From positions 48,711 through 112,710 of the forward strand of contig CAYLYQ010000001.1 in assembly GCA_964388105.1 (NCBI GenBank): DNA of 64,000 nt, read 5' to 3'. The position numbers and the translations under genes were made by a program. Of this stretch, positions 27,384 to 35,522 are shown one piece after another (the stretch's first letter is position 1; every line of letters starts with the position of its first letter). The notes below the pieces were generated by a model. It ran no database searches, was not told the DNA's origin, and saw nothing but the letters and a program-made list of their open reading frames with translations. Source of the DNA: an uncultured Acidimicrobiaceae bacterium (GTDB taxonomy: Bacteria; Actinomycetota; Acidimicrobiia; Spongiisociales; ZC4RG35).

Positions 27384-28478
27384 TCAGGCCATGTCGTGGA
27401 GGATGGCGTCGACCGCGTCCACGAAGAGACGGTTCTCCTCGGGAAGGCCGACAGAGACCCGCATCCAACCGGAGGCCATCGGCCGGATGATCACCCCGCG
27501 CCGGGTGAAGCTTTCCGCCATCCCCGGGGAGTCGCCGCCTGGCATCTCGAAGAAGACGAAGTTGGTGTGGCTGCGCACCTGCCGCAAGCCGCGCTCGGCG
27601 AGGGCCCCCGCGATGTAGTGGCGACCCGCCGAATTGGCCACCACCCGCCGCTGCATCTCTTCAGGCTGGCCCAGCGACGCCAGTGCCGCCACCTGGCCGA
27701 GACGGTTGACCGTCAGTGGCTGCTGCCCCTTGCGCAGGCGGGAGACCGTCTCCGCGGCTCCCACCGCATATCCGACCCGAAGCCCGGCGAGCGCGTAGAT
27801 CTTGGAGAAGGTGCGCAGGGTGATCACATTGGGCCGTTCGACGGCGAGGCCGAAGGTGGTCTCGAACGAGGGGTCCTCCACGAACTCTGCGTAGGCCTCG
27901 TCGACCACGACGAGCGTCCTCTCCGGCACGGCTGCGATGAAGTCGGCGACCTCGCCGGCGCCCAGCAGCGTGCCGGTCGGGTTGTTGGGATTGCAGACGA
28001 TCACCATCCCCGTTCGCTCGTCGACGGCGTTGGCCATGGCGCCGAGGTCGACCCGGAAGTCGGAGTCGAGCGGCACCTCCACCGGTTCTGAGCCCGCCCA
28101 AGCTGCGGCGTAGCGGTACATGATGAAGCTGGGCCAGGGGTAGACGAGACGGGTTCCTGGGCCTCCGACCGCCGACGCGAAATCAGCCAGATGCGCGGTG
28201 CTCCCGTTGGCGAACAGCAGGTTCTCGTGGCGGACGCCGAGTTCCTCGGCAAGGCGCCCACCGAGGGCCCACGCCTGGTTGTCGGGGTACCGGTTGAGGT
28301 TCCCGGCCTCGGCTGCGATGGCCTCGGCCACACCGGGAAACGGCCCGAACGGGCTTTCGTTGGCGGTGAGCTTGGCCACCCGGGACGGGTCGATCCCGTA
28401 CTGGCGCACCACGTCTTCGATGGGTCGCCCCACCTCGTAGGCCGGTATGGACTCGATCTCAGGCCGCAGCACGGGCAC
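27384..28478 (-). CDS. hisC: Histidinol-phosphate/aromatic aminotransferase family (class I/II PLP)
   Basis: LTANESPFGP, NPNNPTGT, TFSKIYALAGLRVGYAVG (PLP Lys); GTG start at 28478 (MPVLRPEIESIPAYEVG), track N-extension implausible. Confidence 0.8.
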   Translation of the reverse strand: MPVLRPEIESIPAYEVGRPIEDVVRQYGIDPSRVAKLTANESPFGPFPGVAEAIAAEAGNLNRYPDNQAWALGGRLAEELGVRHENLLFANGSTAHLADFASAVGGPGTRLVYPWPSFIMYRYAAAWAGSEPVEVPLDSDFRVDLGAMANAVDERTGMVIVCNPNNPTGTLLGAGEVADFIAAVPERTLVVVDEAYAEFVEDPSFETTFGLAVERPNVITLRTFSKIYALAGLRVGYAVGAAETVSRLRKGQQPLTVNRLGQVAALASLGQPEEMQRRVVANSAGRHYIAGALAERGLRQVRSHTNFVFFEMPGGDSPGMAESFTRRGVIIRPMASGWMRVSVGLPEENRLFVDAVDAILHDMA

Positions 28479-28542
28479 GACCTGAAGGTAACAGGTGCCC
28501 GGAACCCGGTCGCCGGAACAGTCCCCCACGCGCCAGGCCCAC

Positions 28543-30654
28543 ATGGCAGGTCCCTCCGGGTCGCGGTACCCTGCCGACATCCTCGAAGCCATGCAGATCA
28601 TCGACCCGCAGGGCAACCTCGTGGGGGACGACCCGGGCCTCGACCCGGGCATCTATCAGGACATGTACCGGAACATGGTCCTGTCTCGTGAGCTGGATCG
28701 GCGGATGCTCGCCCTCCAGAGACAGGGCCGCATCGGCACCTACGCCATGCTGGAGGGCCACGAGGCCGTTCAGATCGGTTCGGCGATGGCGCTCCGTCCC
28801 GATGACTTCGTCTTCCCTTCCTACCGGGAGCACGGCGTCCAGGTCACCCACGGTCTCCCGATCGACGTCCTGCTCGCCTACTGGAAGGGCCTCCCCAACT
28901 CCGGATGGGACGCCGAGAAGTACCGATCGGGAATCGTCACCGTGCCGATCGCCTCCCAGCTGCCCCACGCCGTCGGCTATTCGTACTACCGCCGCCTCCA
29001 GGGCCAGGACGTCGTCACGGCGGTGTACTTCGGCGACGGTGCCACCTCCGAGGCCGACTTCCACGCCGGGATGAACTTCGCAGGGGTCTGGCGAACCCCC
29101 ACCGTCTTCGTGTGCGCCAACAACCTCTATGCCATCTCGGTGCCCTACGAGCTGCAGACGGCTTCGCCCACGATCGCCCAGAAGGCGGACGCCTATGGAT
29201 TCCCTGGCGTCCGCGTCGACGGCATGGACCCCATCGCGGTGTATCTCGCCACCAAAGAGGCGGTGGACCGAGCCCGTTCGGGAGGAGGCCCCACCCTGAT
29301 CGAGGCCATGACCTACCGGTACGGCGCGCACGCCACCGCCGACGACCCGACGCTCTACCGCTCGGACGAGGAGGTGGCGCGCTGGAAGGAGAAAGACCCG
29401 ATCGACCGCCTGCGGCGCTTCCTGGAGAGGCGGGACCTGATCGACGAGCGGGACGCCGAGAAGGTGGCAATGGAGGTCTCCGACGCCGTGAACGGGGCGA
29501 TCGCGTCCATCGAGGCAGAGCCCCTCCCCGACCGTTCCGACGCCATCCGGCACGGCTTCGCGCGCATACCCGCTCACGTCGTGGACCAACTCCACGCCAT
29601 GCAGCGGGCCCATGGGGAGACGGAGACGGTCTTCGACCCGTCAGAGGTCTGGCAGGTGGGAGAGGACCGTTTGCCGGAGGGCCCAACCGAGCAGATGAAC
29701 ATGGCCGACGCCATCAACGCCGCCCTCCACGAAGCCATGGACCGCGACCCGCGGACCATCGTGCTGGGGGAAGACGTCGCCAGAGCCGGCGGGGTCTTCC
29801 GCATCACCGAGGGCCTGCTGGACCGGTTCGGGTCGGACCGGGTCATCGACACCCCGCTCAACGAATCGGGCATCGTCGGCACGGCGGTCGGCATGGCACT
29901 GGCGGGCGGACGACCGATCGCCGAGATCCAGTTCGAGGGATTCGTGTACCCGGCCTTCGACCAGATCGTCAGCCATCTCGGCCGTTTCCGGTTCCGCACC
30001 AGGGGCCACTCCACCGTTCCCGTCGTGGTCCGCATGCCCAACGGCGCGGGCATCGGGGCCCACGAGCACCATTGCGACTCACCGGAGGCGTACTTCGTCC
30101 ACGCCCCGGGCCTGGTCGTCATCTGCCCCTCGACCCCCACCGATGCCAAGGGGCTGCTGGCGGCGGCTCTGGAGTCCGAGGACCCTGTGATCTTCCTCGA
30201 GCCCAAGGTCCTGTACAGGGCGGGGCGGGAGGAGGTCCCCACCGGCCACTACACCCTCCCCATCGGCCGCGCCCGGGTGCGCCAGACCGGCTCCGATCTC
30301 ACTCTGGTCACCTATGGCGGAATGGTCCCCGTGTCACTGGCTGCCGCGGCACGGTCCGGCGTCTCGGTGGAGGTGATCGACCTCCGCACCCTCTTCCCCT
30401 GGGACCGCGAGACCGTCCTCGAGTCGGTTAAGCGGACGGGCCGCCTGCTCCTCGTCCAGGAGCCGCAGGGCTCGGCCGGCGTGGCGGCGGACGTGGCGGC
30501 CGTAGTCGCCGAAGAGGCCCTCTACGACCTCCAGGCGCCGATCGGGAGGATCACCGGATTCGACGTCCCCTGGCCCCAGTTCGCCATCGAGAAGCACGCC
30601 TTGATCGACATCGACCGCGTGGTCGCCGGCATCGAGAAGGTGATGGCCAGTTAG
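28543..30654 (+). CDS. 2-oxoacid (acetoin/branched-chain/pyruvate-type) dehydrogenase E1 component with alpha and beta subunits fused in one polypeptide
   Basis: N-half TPP alpha subunit (YREHGV, GDGATSEADFHAGMNFAGVW); continuous frame through EGPTEQMNMADAINAALHEAM into beta subunit (GEDVARAGGVFRITEGLLDRFGSDRVIDTPLNESGIVGTAVGMALAGGRPIAEIQFEGF); no stop between. Confidence 0.8.
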   Translation: MAGPSGSRYPADILEAMQIIDPQGNLVGDDPGLDPGIYQDMYRNMVLSRELDRRMLALQRQGRIGTYAMLEGHEAVQIGSAMALRPDDFVFPSYREHGVQVTHGLPIDVLLAYWKGLPNSGWDAEKYRSGIVTVPIASQLPHAVGYSYYRRLQGQDVVTAVYFGDGATSEADFHAGMNFAGVWRTPTVFVCANNLYAISVPYELQTASPTIAQKADAYGFPGVRVDGMDPIAVYLATKEAVDRARSGGGPTLIEAMTYRYGAHATADDPTLYRSDEEVARWKEKDPIDRLRRFLERRDLIDERDAEKVAMEVSDAVNGAIASIEAEPLPDRSDAIRHGFARIPAHVVDQLHAMQRAHGETETVFDPSEVWQVGEDRLPEGPTEQMNMADAINAALHEAMDRDPRTIVLGEDVARAGGVFRITEGLLDRFGSDRVIDTPLNESGIVGTAVGMALAGGRPIAEIQFEGFVYPAFDQIVSHLGRFRFRTRGHSTVPVVVRMPNGAGIGAHEHHCDSPEAYFVHAPGLVVICPSTPTDAKGLLAAALESEDPVIFLEPKVLYRAGREEVPTGHYTLPIGRARVRQTGSDLTLVTYGGMVPVSLAAAARSGVSVEVIDLRTLFPWDRETVLESVKRTGRLLLVQEPQGSAGVAADVAAVVAEEALYDLQAPIGRITGFDVPWPQFAIEKHALIDIDRVVAGIEKVMAS

Positions 30655-30933
30655 ATCCTTTGTCGTCACGCTCCGTGGCCGTAGCCTTACGCGCAGTGTC
30701 GCACCTCGGGCCCGACGAGGCCTCCCGGCGCCATCGGCGCTCCAGTTGCCGCAAAGGCGACCATCGGTTCGGGCCCACCCAGCACATCGGTGGCGGGATC
30801 GCCCGCCGTGTGTGCACCAGTTGCTCGGCGGTCAGCATCGACTTGAGCGGCGCATACGAGATGGCCGAGCCGTCGGGCGAGGGCTTCGCCCGCCGGCCCC
30901 CCGGCCAACGAGTCTGAGCTCAGGAGGCATTGC

Positions 30934-31812
30934 GTGGCGGAGGTGAGCAGCGCCGTTCGCGCCGCCGGGGGCCTGGTGCTCCGGGTCACGCCGAAGGGCC
31001 GCATCAAGGTGCTGGTGGTGCACCGCCCGCGGTATGACGACTGGGGGTTGCCCAAGGGCAAGCTCGACCCCGGCGAGACCGACGAGGAAGCGGCGGTCCG
31101 GGAGGTGCTCGAGGAGACCGGCTACCGCTGTCGCATCGTGGCGCCGCTCCCCGAGACCGCTCACGAGACCAAACGCGGCCCGAAGACAGTCGCCTGGTAC
31201 GCAATGCGGCCCCTGCCCGACAGCCCGGGGTTCGTTCCCAACGAGGAGATCGACGAGGTGCGGTGGCTCTCCCCGAAGCGGGCCTCGGCCACGGTCGACT
31301 ACGACAACGACCGGCGGCTGATCGCGAGCGCCAACCTCGAGAAGCTGGCGCGCACCGGCGCCGTCTGGGTGATCCGACACGGGGTCGCGATGGACAAGGG
31401 CTCCTGGAAAGGCGACGACAACAGGCGCCCGCTCGACGCCAGGGGCCTGAAACAGGCCGACCGCCTGGCCGAGATCCTGTCCGATCAAGGGATCGACCTC
31501 GTGATCACGTCGCCGGCGAAACGCTGCCGGACCACGATCGCCCCGATCGCCAAGAAGGTGAAGGCGAGTGTGATCCGGGACCGTCGTCTGACCCGAAACG
31601 CCTCGCGGTCGGACGTGGCCTCCCTCCTCGACCGCGTCACGGGGCACCAGGCAGTGATCTGCACCCATGGGGAGACGATCCCATTGATCCTGGCGGAGGC
31701 GGCCAGACGGGGAGCGAAGGTGAACCCGTCCGCCGAGACCGCCAAGGGATCGGCCTGGAAGTTCGAGGTCAGAAACGGGAAGTTCCGGCTCGCCGGCCGG
31801 ATCGATCCCTAG
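30934..31812 (+). CDS. mutT1: MutT1-like bifunctional Nudix hydrolase / histidine phosphatase
   Basis: Nudix box GKLDPGETDEEAAVREVLEETG; C-terminal histidine-phosphatase RHG motif VWVIRHGVA; GTG start 8 nt after AGGAGG. Confidence 0.75.
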   Translation: MAEVSSAVRAAGGLVLRVTPKGRIKVLVVHRPRYDDWGLPKGKLDPGETDEEAAVREVLEETGYRCRIVAPLPETAHETKRGPKTVAWYAMRPLPDSPGFVPNEEIDEVRWLSPKRASATVDYDNDRRLIASANLEKLARTGAVWVIRHGVAMDKGSWKGDDNRRPLDARGLKQADRLAEILSDQGIDLVITSPAKRCRTTIAPIAKKVKASVIRDRRLTRNASRSDVASLLDRVTGHQAVICTHGETIPLILAEAARRGAKVNPSAETAKGSAWKFEVRNGKFRLAGRIDP

Positions 31813-33572
31813 ACCGTCTTGGTTCCGGCCGCCCAGTCGGCGTGCAGGCTGGAATACACACCGCCGGCGTCGACCAGGTCGCGGTGCCGACCCCGCTCGA
31901 CCAGGCGGCCCCGGTCGAACACCAGCACCTCGTCGGCGGCCTCCGCGGTGGAGAGCCGGTGAGCGATCGTGACCGAGGTCCGGTGCTCGATGAGCCGGTT
32001 GATCGCACCGCGCAGGGCGACGTCGAGGGCCGGGTCAACCGCCGAAGTGGCCTCGTCGAGGACCAACAGGTCCGGCGAGGCGATCCAAGCCCTGGCCAGC
32101 GCCACTAGCTGCCGCTCCCCCGCCGAGAGGTTCGTCCCACGCTCGCCGGTGCGAGTGGAGAGCTTCTCCGGGAGGCTCTCGACCCACTCGCCGAGGCCGA
32201 GTTCCCAGAACGCGGAGAAGATCTCGGCGTCGTCCGCCTCGGGACGCCCGTAGCGGACGTTGTTGGCGACGGTGTCGTCGAAGAGGAAACCCTCCTGGGG
32301 CACGAACCCGACCCGTGAGCGCAGCTCGGCGAGCCGGATGCGGTCGGCAGGCACTCCGCCCAGGAACACGTGGCCCGAGGTCGGGTCGATGAGTCGCACC
32401 AGGAGCTTGGCGAAGGTCGTCTTGCCGGAGCCGGTCTCCCCGACCACAGCCACCCTCGACCCCACGGGAATGTCGACCGTCACACCCGACAGCACTTCGG
32501 GCCCGTCGGGATATGCGTAGGCGACGCCCTCGAAGCGGGCGGAGAGACCTCCCGGGCGCAGCTCCTCGGGGTTCGCCGGCTCGGTGACCTCGATGGGGGC
32601 GTCGAGCACTTCCGTGACGCGCCGGAGACCCGAAGCCGCGGCCTGGGCGAAGTCGAGGGTCTCGACGACGATCTGAATCGGCTCGACCAGCAGGTTGACG
32701 AGGAAGAGGAACGCGATCAGCGTGCCCGCAGTCATCCCCAACTCGATGCCCAACCAGATTCCGGCCCCGATCATGATGGCAGTCAGGGTCCCGGCGAACA
32801 GCTCCGCCGTGGAGAAGAGGGCGTTGCCGAACCGCGCGGTCGTGAACTCGATGCGGAACCGCTTCTGGAGGGCGTCGGCCACCTTGGCCTGCGTCTCCTC
32901 CTCGGTGCCGTAGGCACGCACCACGGGGATGGCCGTGATCGCCTCGGAGAGCACACCCATCGAAGCGCCGACTTCGGCTCGCACCTGGTCATACCTGCGG
33001 GACAGGATGCGCTGGAACCACCGCATCATCACCATGTAGAGCGTGACCCCCACCAAGGCGATCAAGGCCAGGCGCCACTCGTAGAACGCCATGGCAAGCG
33101 TGGCGAGGAGCACCTGGCTGGAAGCGATGAGGAGGCCAACCCCGCCCCACTCCATGAACTCCTGCATCGTCGTTATGTCCGAGGTGACCCGGGAGACCAG
33201 GCTGCCGCGGCGCTCCGCCTGCACGTGGAGGACCGACTGCCGCAGGATGTGGCGGAAGGTGCGCACCCGAAGGTCGGAGAGGCCCATGGAAGAGGAGTTG
33301 ATCAACCGCAGCTGGGCGGTCCTCCCCACCCACACACCGGTGGCGAGAGCCAGAAAGGCGATGCCGGCCTTGATCCCCACCGAGGACATGTCCATGGGCC
33401 CCGGAGCGAGGATGTCACCGTCAACGATCTGCTGCAGGACGATCGGCGTGACGACCGTGATCGCCTGGCCGACCATCGCCAGGAAGACCGTGAGGCGAAT
33501 GCCCTCCGCCAGCGCGGGGGCCTCCGCGACGGCCCGGCGGATCAGCGCGACCACGCCTCTTCCCTCGCTCAC
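31809..33572 (-). CDS. ABC exporter, fused permease/ATP-binding protein
   Basis: Six-TM N-half, Walker A GETGSGKTT, signature LSAGERQLVALARA, Walker B LVLDEATSAVD. Confidence 0.85.
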   Translation of the reverse strand: MSEGRGVVALIRRAVAEAPALAEGIRLTVFLAMVGQAITVVTPIVLQQIVDGDILAPGPMDMSSVGIKAGIAFLALATGVWVGRTAQLRLINSSSMGLSDLRVRTFRHILRQSVLHVQAERRGSLVSRVTSDITTMQEFMEWGGVGLLIASSQVLLATLAMAFYEWRLALIALVGVTLYMVMMRWFQRILSRRYDQVRAEVGASMGVLSEAITAIPVVRAYGTEEETQAKVADALQKRFRIEFTTARFGNALFSTAELFAGTLTAIMIGAGIWLGIELGMTAGTLIAFLFLVNLLVEPIQIVVETLDFAQAAASGLRRVTEVLDAPIEVTEPANPEELRPGGLSARFEGVAYAYPDGPEVLSGVTVDIPVGSRVAVVGETGSGKTTFAKLLVRLIDPTSGHVFLGGVPADRIRLAELRSRVGFVPQEGFLFDDTVANNVRYGRPEADDAEIFSAFWELGLGEWVESLPEKLSTRTGERGTNLSAGERQLVALARAWIASPDLLVLDEATSAVDPALDVALRGAINRLIEHRTSVTIAHRLSTAEAADEVLVFDRGRLVERGRHRDLVDAGGVYSSLHADWAAGTKTV

Positions 33573-35365
33573 GATGCCTCCTTTCGGGCCTTCAACGCCT
33601 CCTCCTCGTACGCCTGGACCAGACGGGCGTAGCCAGGCACCGAGCGGAGCAGCTCCTCATGGGTGCCGTGGCCGAGGATGCGCCTCTGGTCGATGAACAG
33701 GACCTCGTCCGCGAGGCGAATCGACGAGGGGCGGTAGGCCACCACCACGATCGTCGAAGGAAGGTCGGCGGACTTGAGAGACCTCAGGATCTCGGACTCG
33801 ACGGACGGGTCCACCGCAGAGGTGGCGTCGTCGAGGATGAGGAGCCGGGGCTTCCGGACCAGGGCACGCGCCAGAGCGAGGCGCTGCCGCTGGCCGCCCG
33901 ACAAGGTGGTGCCCCTCTCTCCGAGAACCGAGTCCAGCCCCTCGTCGAGATCGAGGATGAACTCGCGGGCGCCAGCGAGCTTGGCCGCCTCCCACACCTC
34001 CTCGTCGGCCACCGGCGCCCCCAGCGTGATGTTCTCGCGGACCGAGGCGTCGAACAGGAACGCCTCCTGCGCCACGTATGCGACTTCACGGGGCAGCTCG
34101 GAGCGGGCGAACGAGCGGAGATCCCTCCCGTCCAGGGTGATGTGACCCGCATCCGGGTCCCACAGCCTCGCCAGGAGCAGGGCCAGCGTCGACTTGCCGG
34201 ACGCGGTCGGTCCGACCACGGCGAGGACTTTGCCGGAGTGGAGGTCGAAGTGGACGTCGTCGAGAACGGTGGTGTCGTCGTAGCCGAAACCCACTTCGCG
34301 CCCGGCCACGGGAGCGGCTCCACGGTCGGGCAGCGCCGACACGTCGCCGTACTCCATGTGGTCGGAGGCGTCGAACACCTCCTGGACCCTCTTCCATCCG
34401 GCGAGGCTGCCCGCCAGGTCCCAGAGGACGAACCCGATCAACTGCACAGGGAACGCCAGCAGGGAGAGCAGGTAGACCACCGTGACCACGTTGCCCGGGG
34501 TGATCTCTCCCAAGCCCACCCGGTACGCGCCCACCACGATCAGGACGAGGATGAGCAGCTGCGGCAAGGCGCGGATAACCACCTGGTACTTGGTCCAGGT
34601 GGAGAGCACGTCGATGAGCTTGTCCCGAAGCAGGTCGCTGGACTGGGCGAACCGGTCGGAGACGACGTCCTCCTTGCCCATTGCCTTGATCGTCAGGGCG
34701 CCGTCGAAGCTCTCGTGGGCGATGGAGGAGACCTGGCCTCGCACCACCTGGACCGCCTCCCACTGACCGAAGGTCAGCCAGCTGCCCTTGACGTCGATCG
34801 CGATCACGACTGCCAGCCCGATCAGGGCACCCACTCCCAGCCAGGGGTCCAAAGCCATGATCATCACGACCGCACCCACCAGCAGCAGGGAGACACCGGT
34901 GGCGAAGGGAAGCGGGCTGAGGACGGAAGTGCCCTGGTCGGTGTCGGCGTCGGCCACCGCAAGGAGGTCGCCGATGGCGTGACGGTCGAACCACGACATC
35001 TTGAGCGACATCTCCTGCTCGAGGAGCATGTTGCGCAGGTCCCTCCTCACCGAGAACTGGAGCCAACCTGCGGCCGTCCGGCGGATGACGATCCCGACGG
35101 CTTTGAACAGGGCCACTCCGACGATGAGCAGAACTCCGGTCCACAGCAGGTCCGGTGACTCGCCGCCGTCGAGGGTCGGGATGATCAGCTTGTCGGTCAC
35201 CCAGCCGACGGCGAGCGACGCGGCGATGATGGCGCTGGCGTACATGGCCGCGCCGGTGACGCCGATGGCGAACGCCGCCGGGTGCATCTTGACGAGGCGC
35301 ACGGTGACCCGGCTCCCGTCCCTGATGACAGCCCAGGGACTCATTTGTGCTGCAGGAACAGACAA
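33569..35365 (-). CDS. ABC exporter, fused permease/ATP-binding protein (heterodimer partner)
   Basis: GPTASGKSTLALLLARL, LSGGQRQRLALARAL, LILDDATSAVD; 4-nt overlap with downstream ABC gene. Confidence 0.85.
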   Translation of the reverse strand: MSVPAAQMSPWAVIRDGSRVTVRLVKMHPAAFAIGVTGAAMYASAIIAASLAVGWVTDKLIIPTLDGGESPDLLWTGVLLIVGVALFKAVGIVIRRTAAGWLQFSVRRDLRNMLLEQEMSLKMSWFDRHAIGDLLAVADADTDQGTSVLSPLPFATGVSLLLVGAVVMIMALDPWLGVGALIGLAVVIAIDVKGSWLTFGQWEAVQVVRGQVSSIAHESFDGALTIKAMGKEDVVSDRFAQSSDLLRDKLIDVLSTWTKYQVVIRALPQLLILVLIVVGAYRVGLGEITPGNVVTVVYLLSLLAFPVQLIGFVLWDLAGSLAGWKRVQEVFDASDHMEYGDVSALPDRGAAPVAGREVGFGYDDTTVLDDVHFDLHSGKVLAVVGPTASGKSTLALLLARLWDPDAGHITLDGRDLRSFARSELPREVAYVAQEAFLFDASVRENITLGAPVADEEVWEAAKLAGAREFILDLDEGLDSVLGERGTTLSGGQRQRLALARALVRKPRLLILDDATSAVDPSVESEILRSLKSADLPSTIVVVAYRPSSIRLADEVLFIDQRRILGHGTHEELLRSVPGYARLVQAYEEEALKARKEAS

Positions 35366-35522
35366 GAGGACCTATCCAATCGAGAGTTGTCCGACGTGGG
35401 GCGAAGCTGGCCCCGTCGAATGATGATAAAGAGAGCGCGGACTTGACCCGGACGGTTTTTTCCAGGGCTCTCCACGGCCACTCCTGGAATGGGACGGGGT
35501 CGAAGCGACTACTTTCCCCTGG

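Noticed and set aside
33659-35158. 499-aa plus-strand ORF
   Set aside because: Antisense to the ABC exporter gene; His/Gly/Asp/Arg-rich, no domain signatures.
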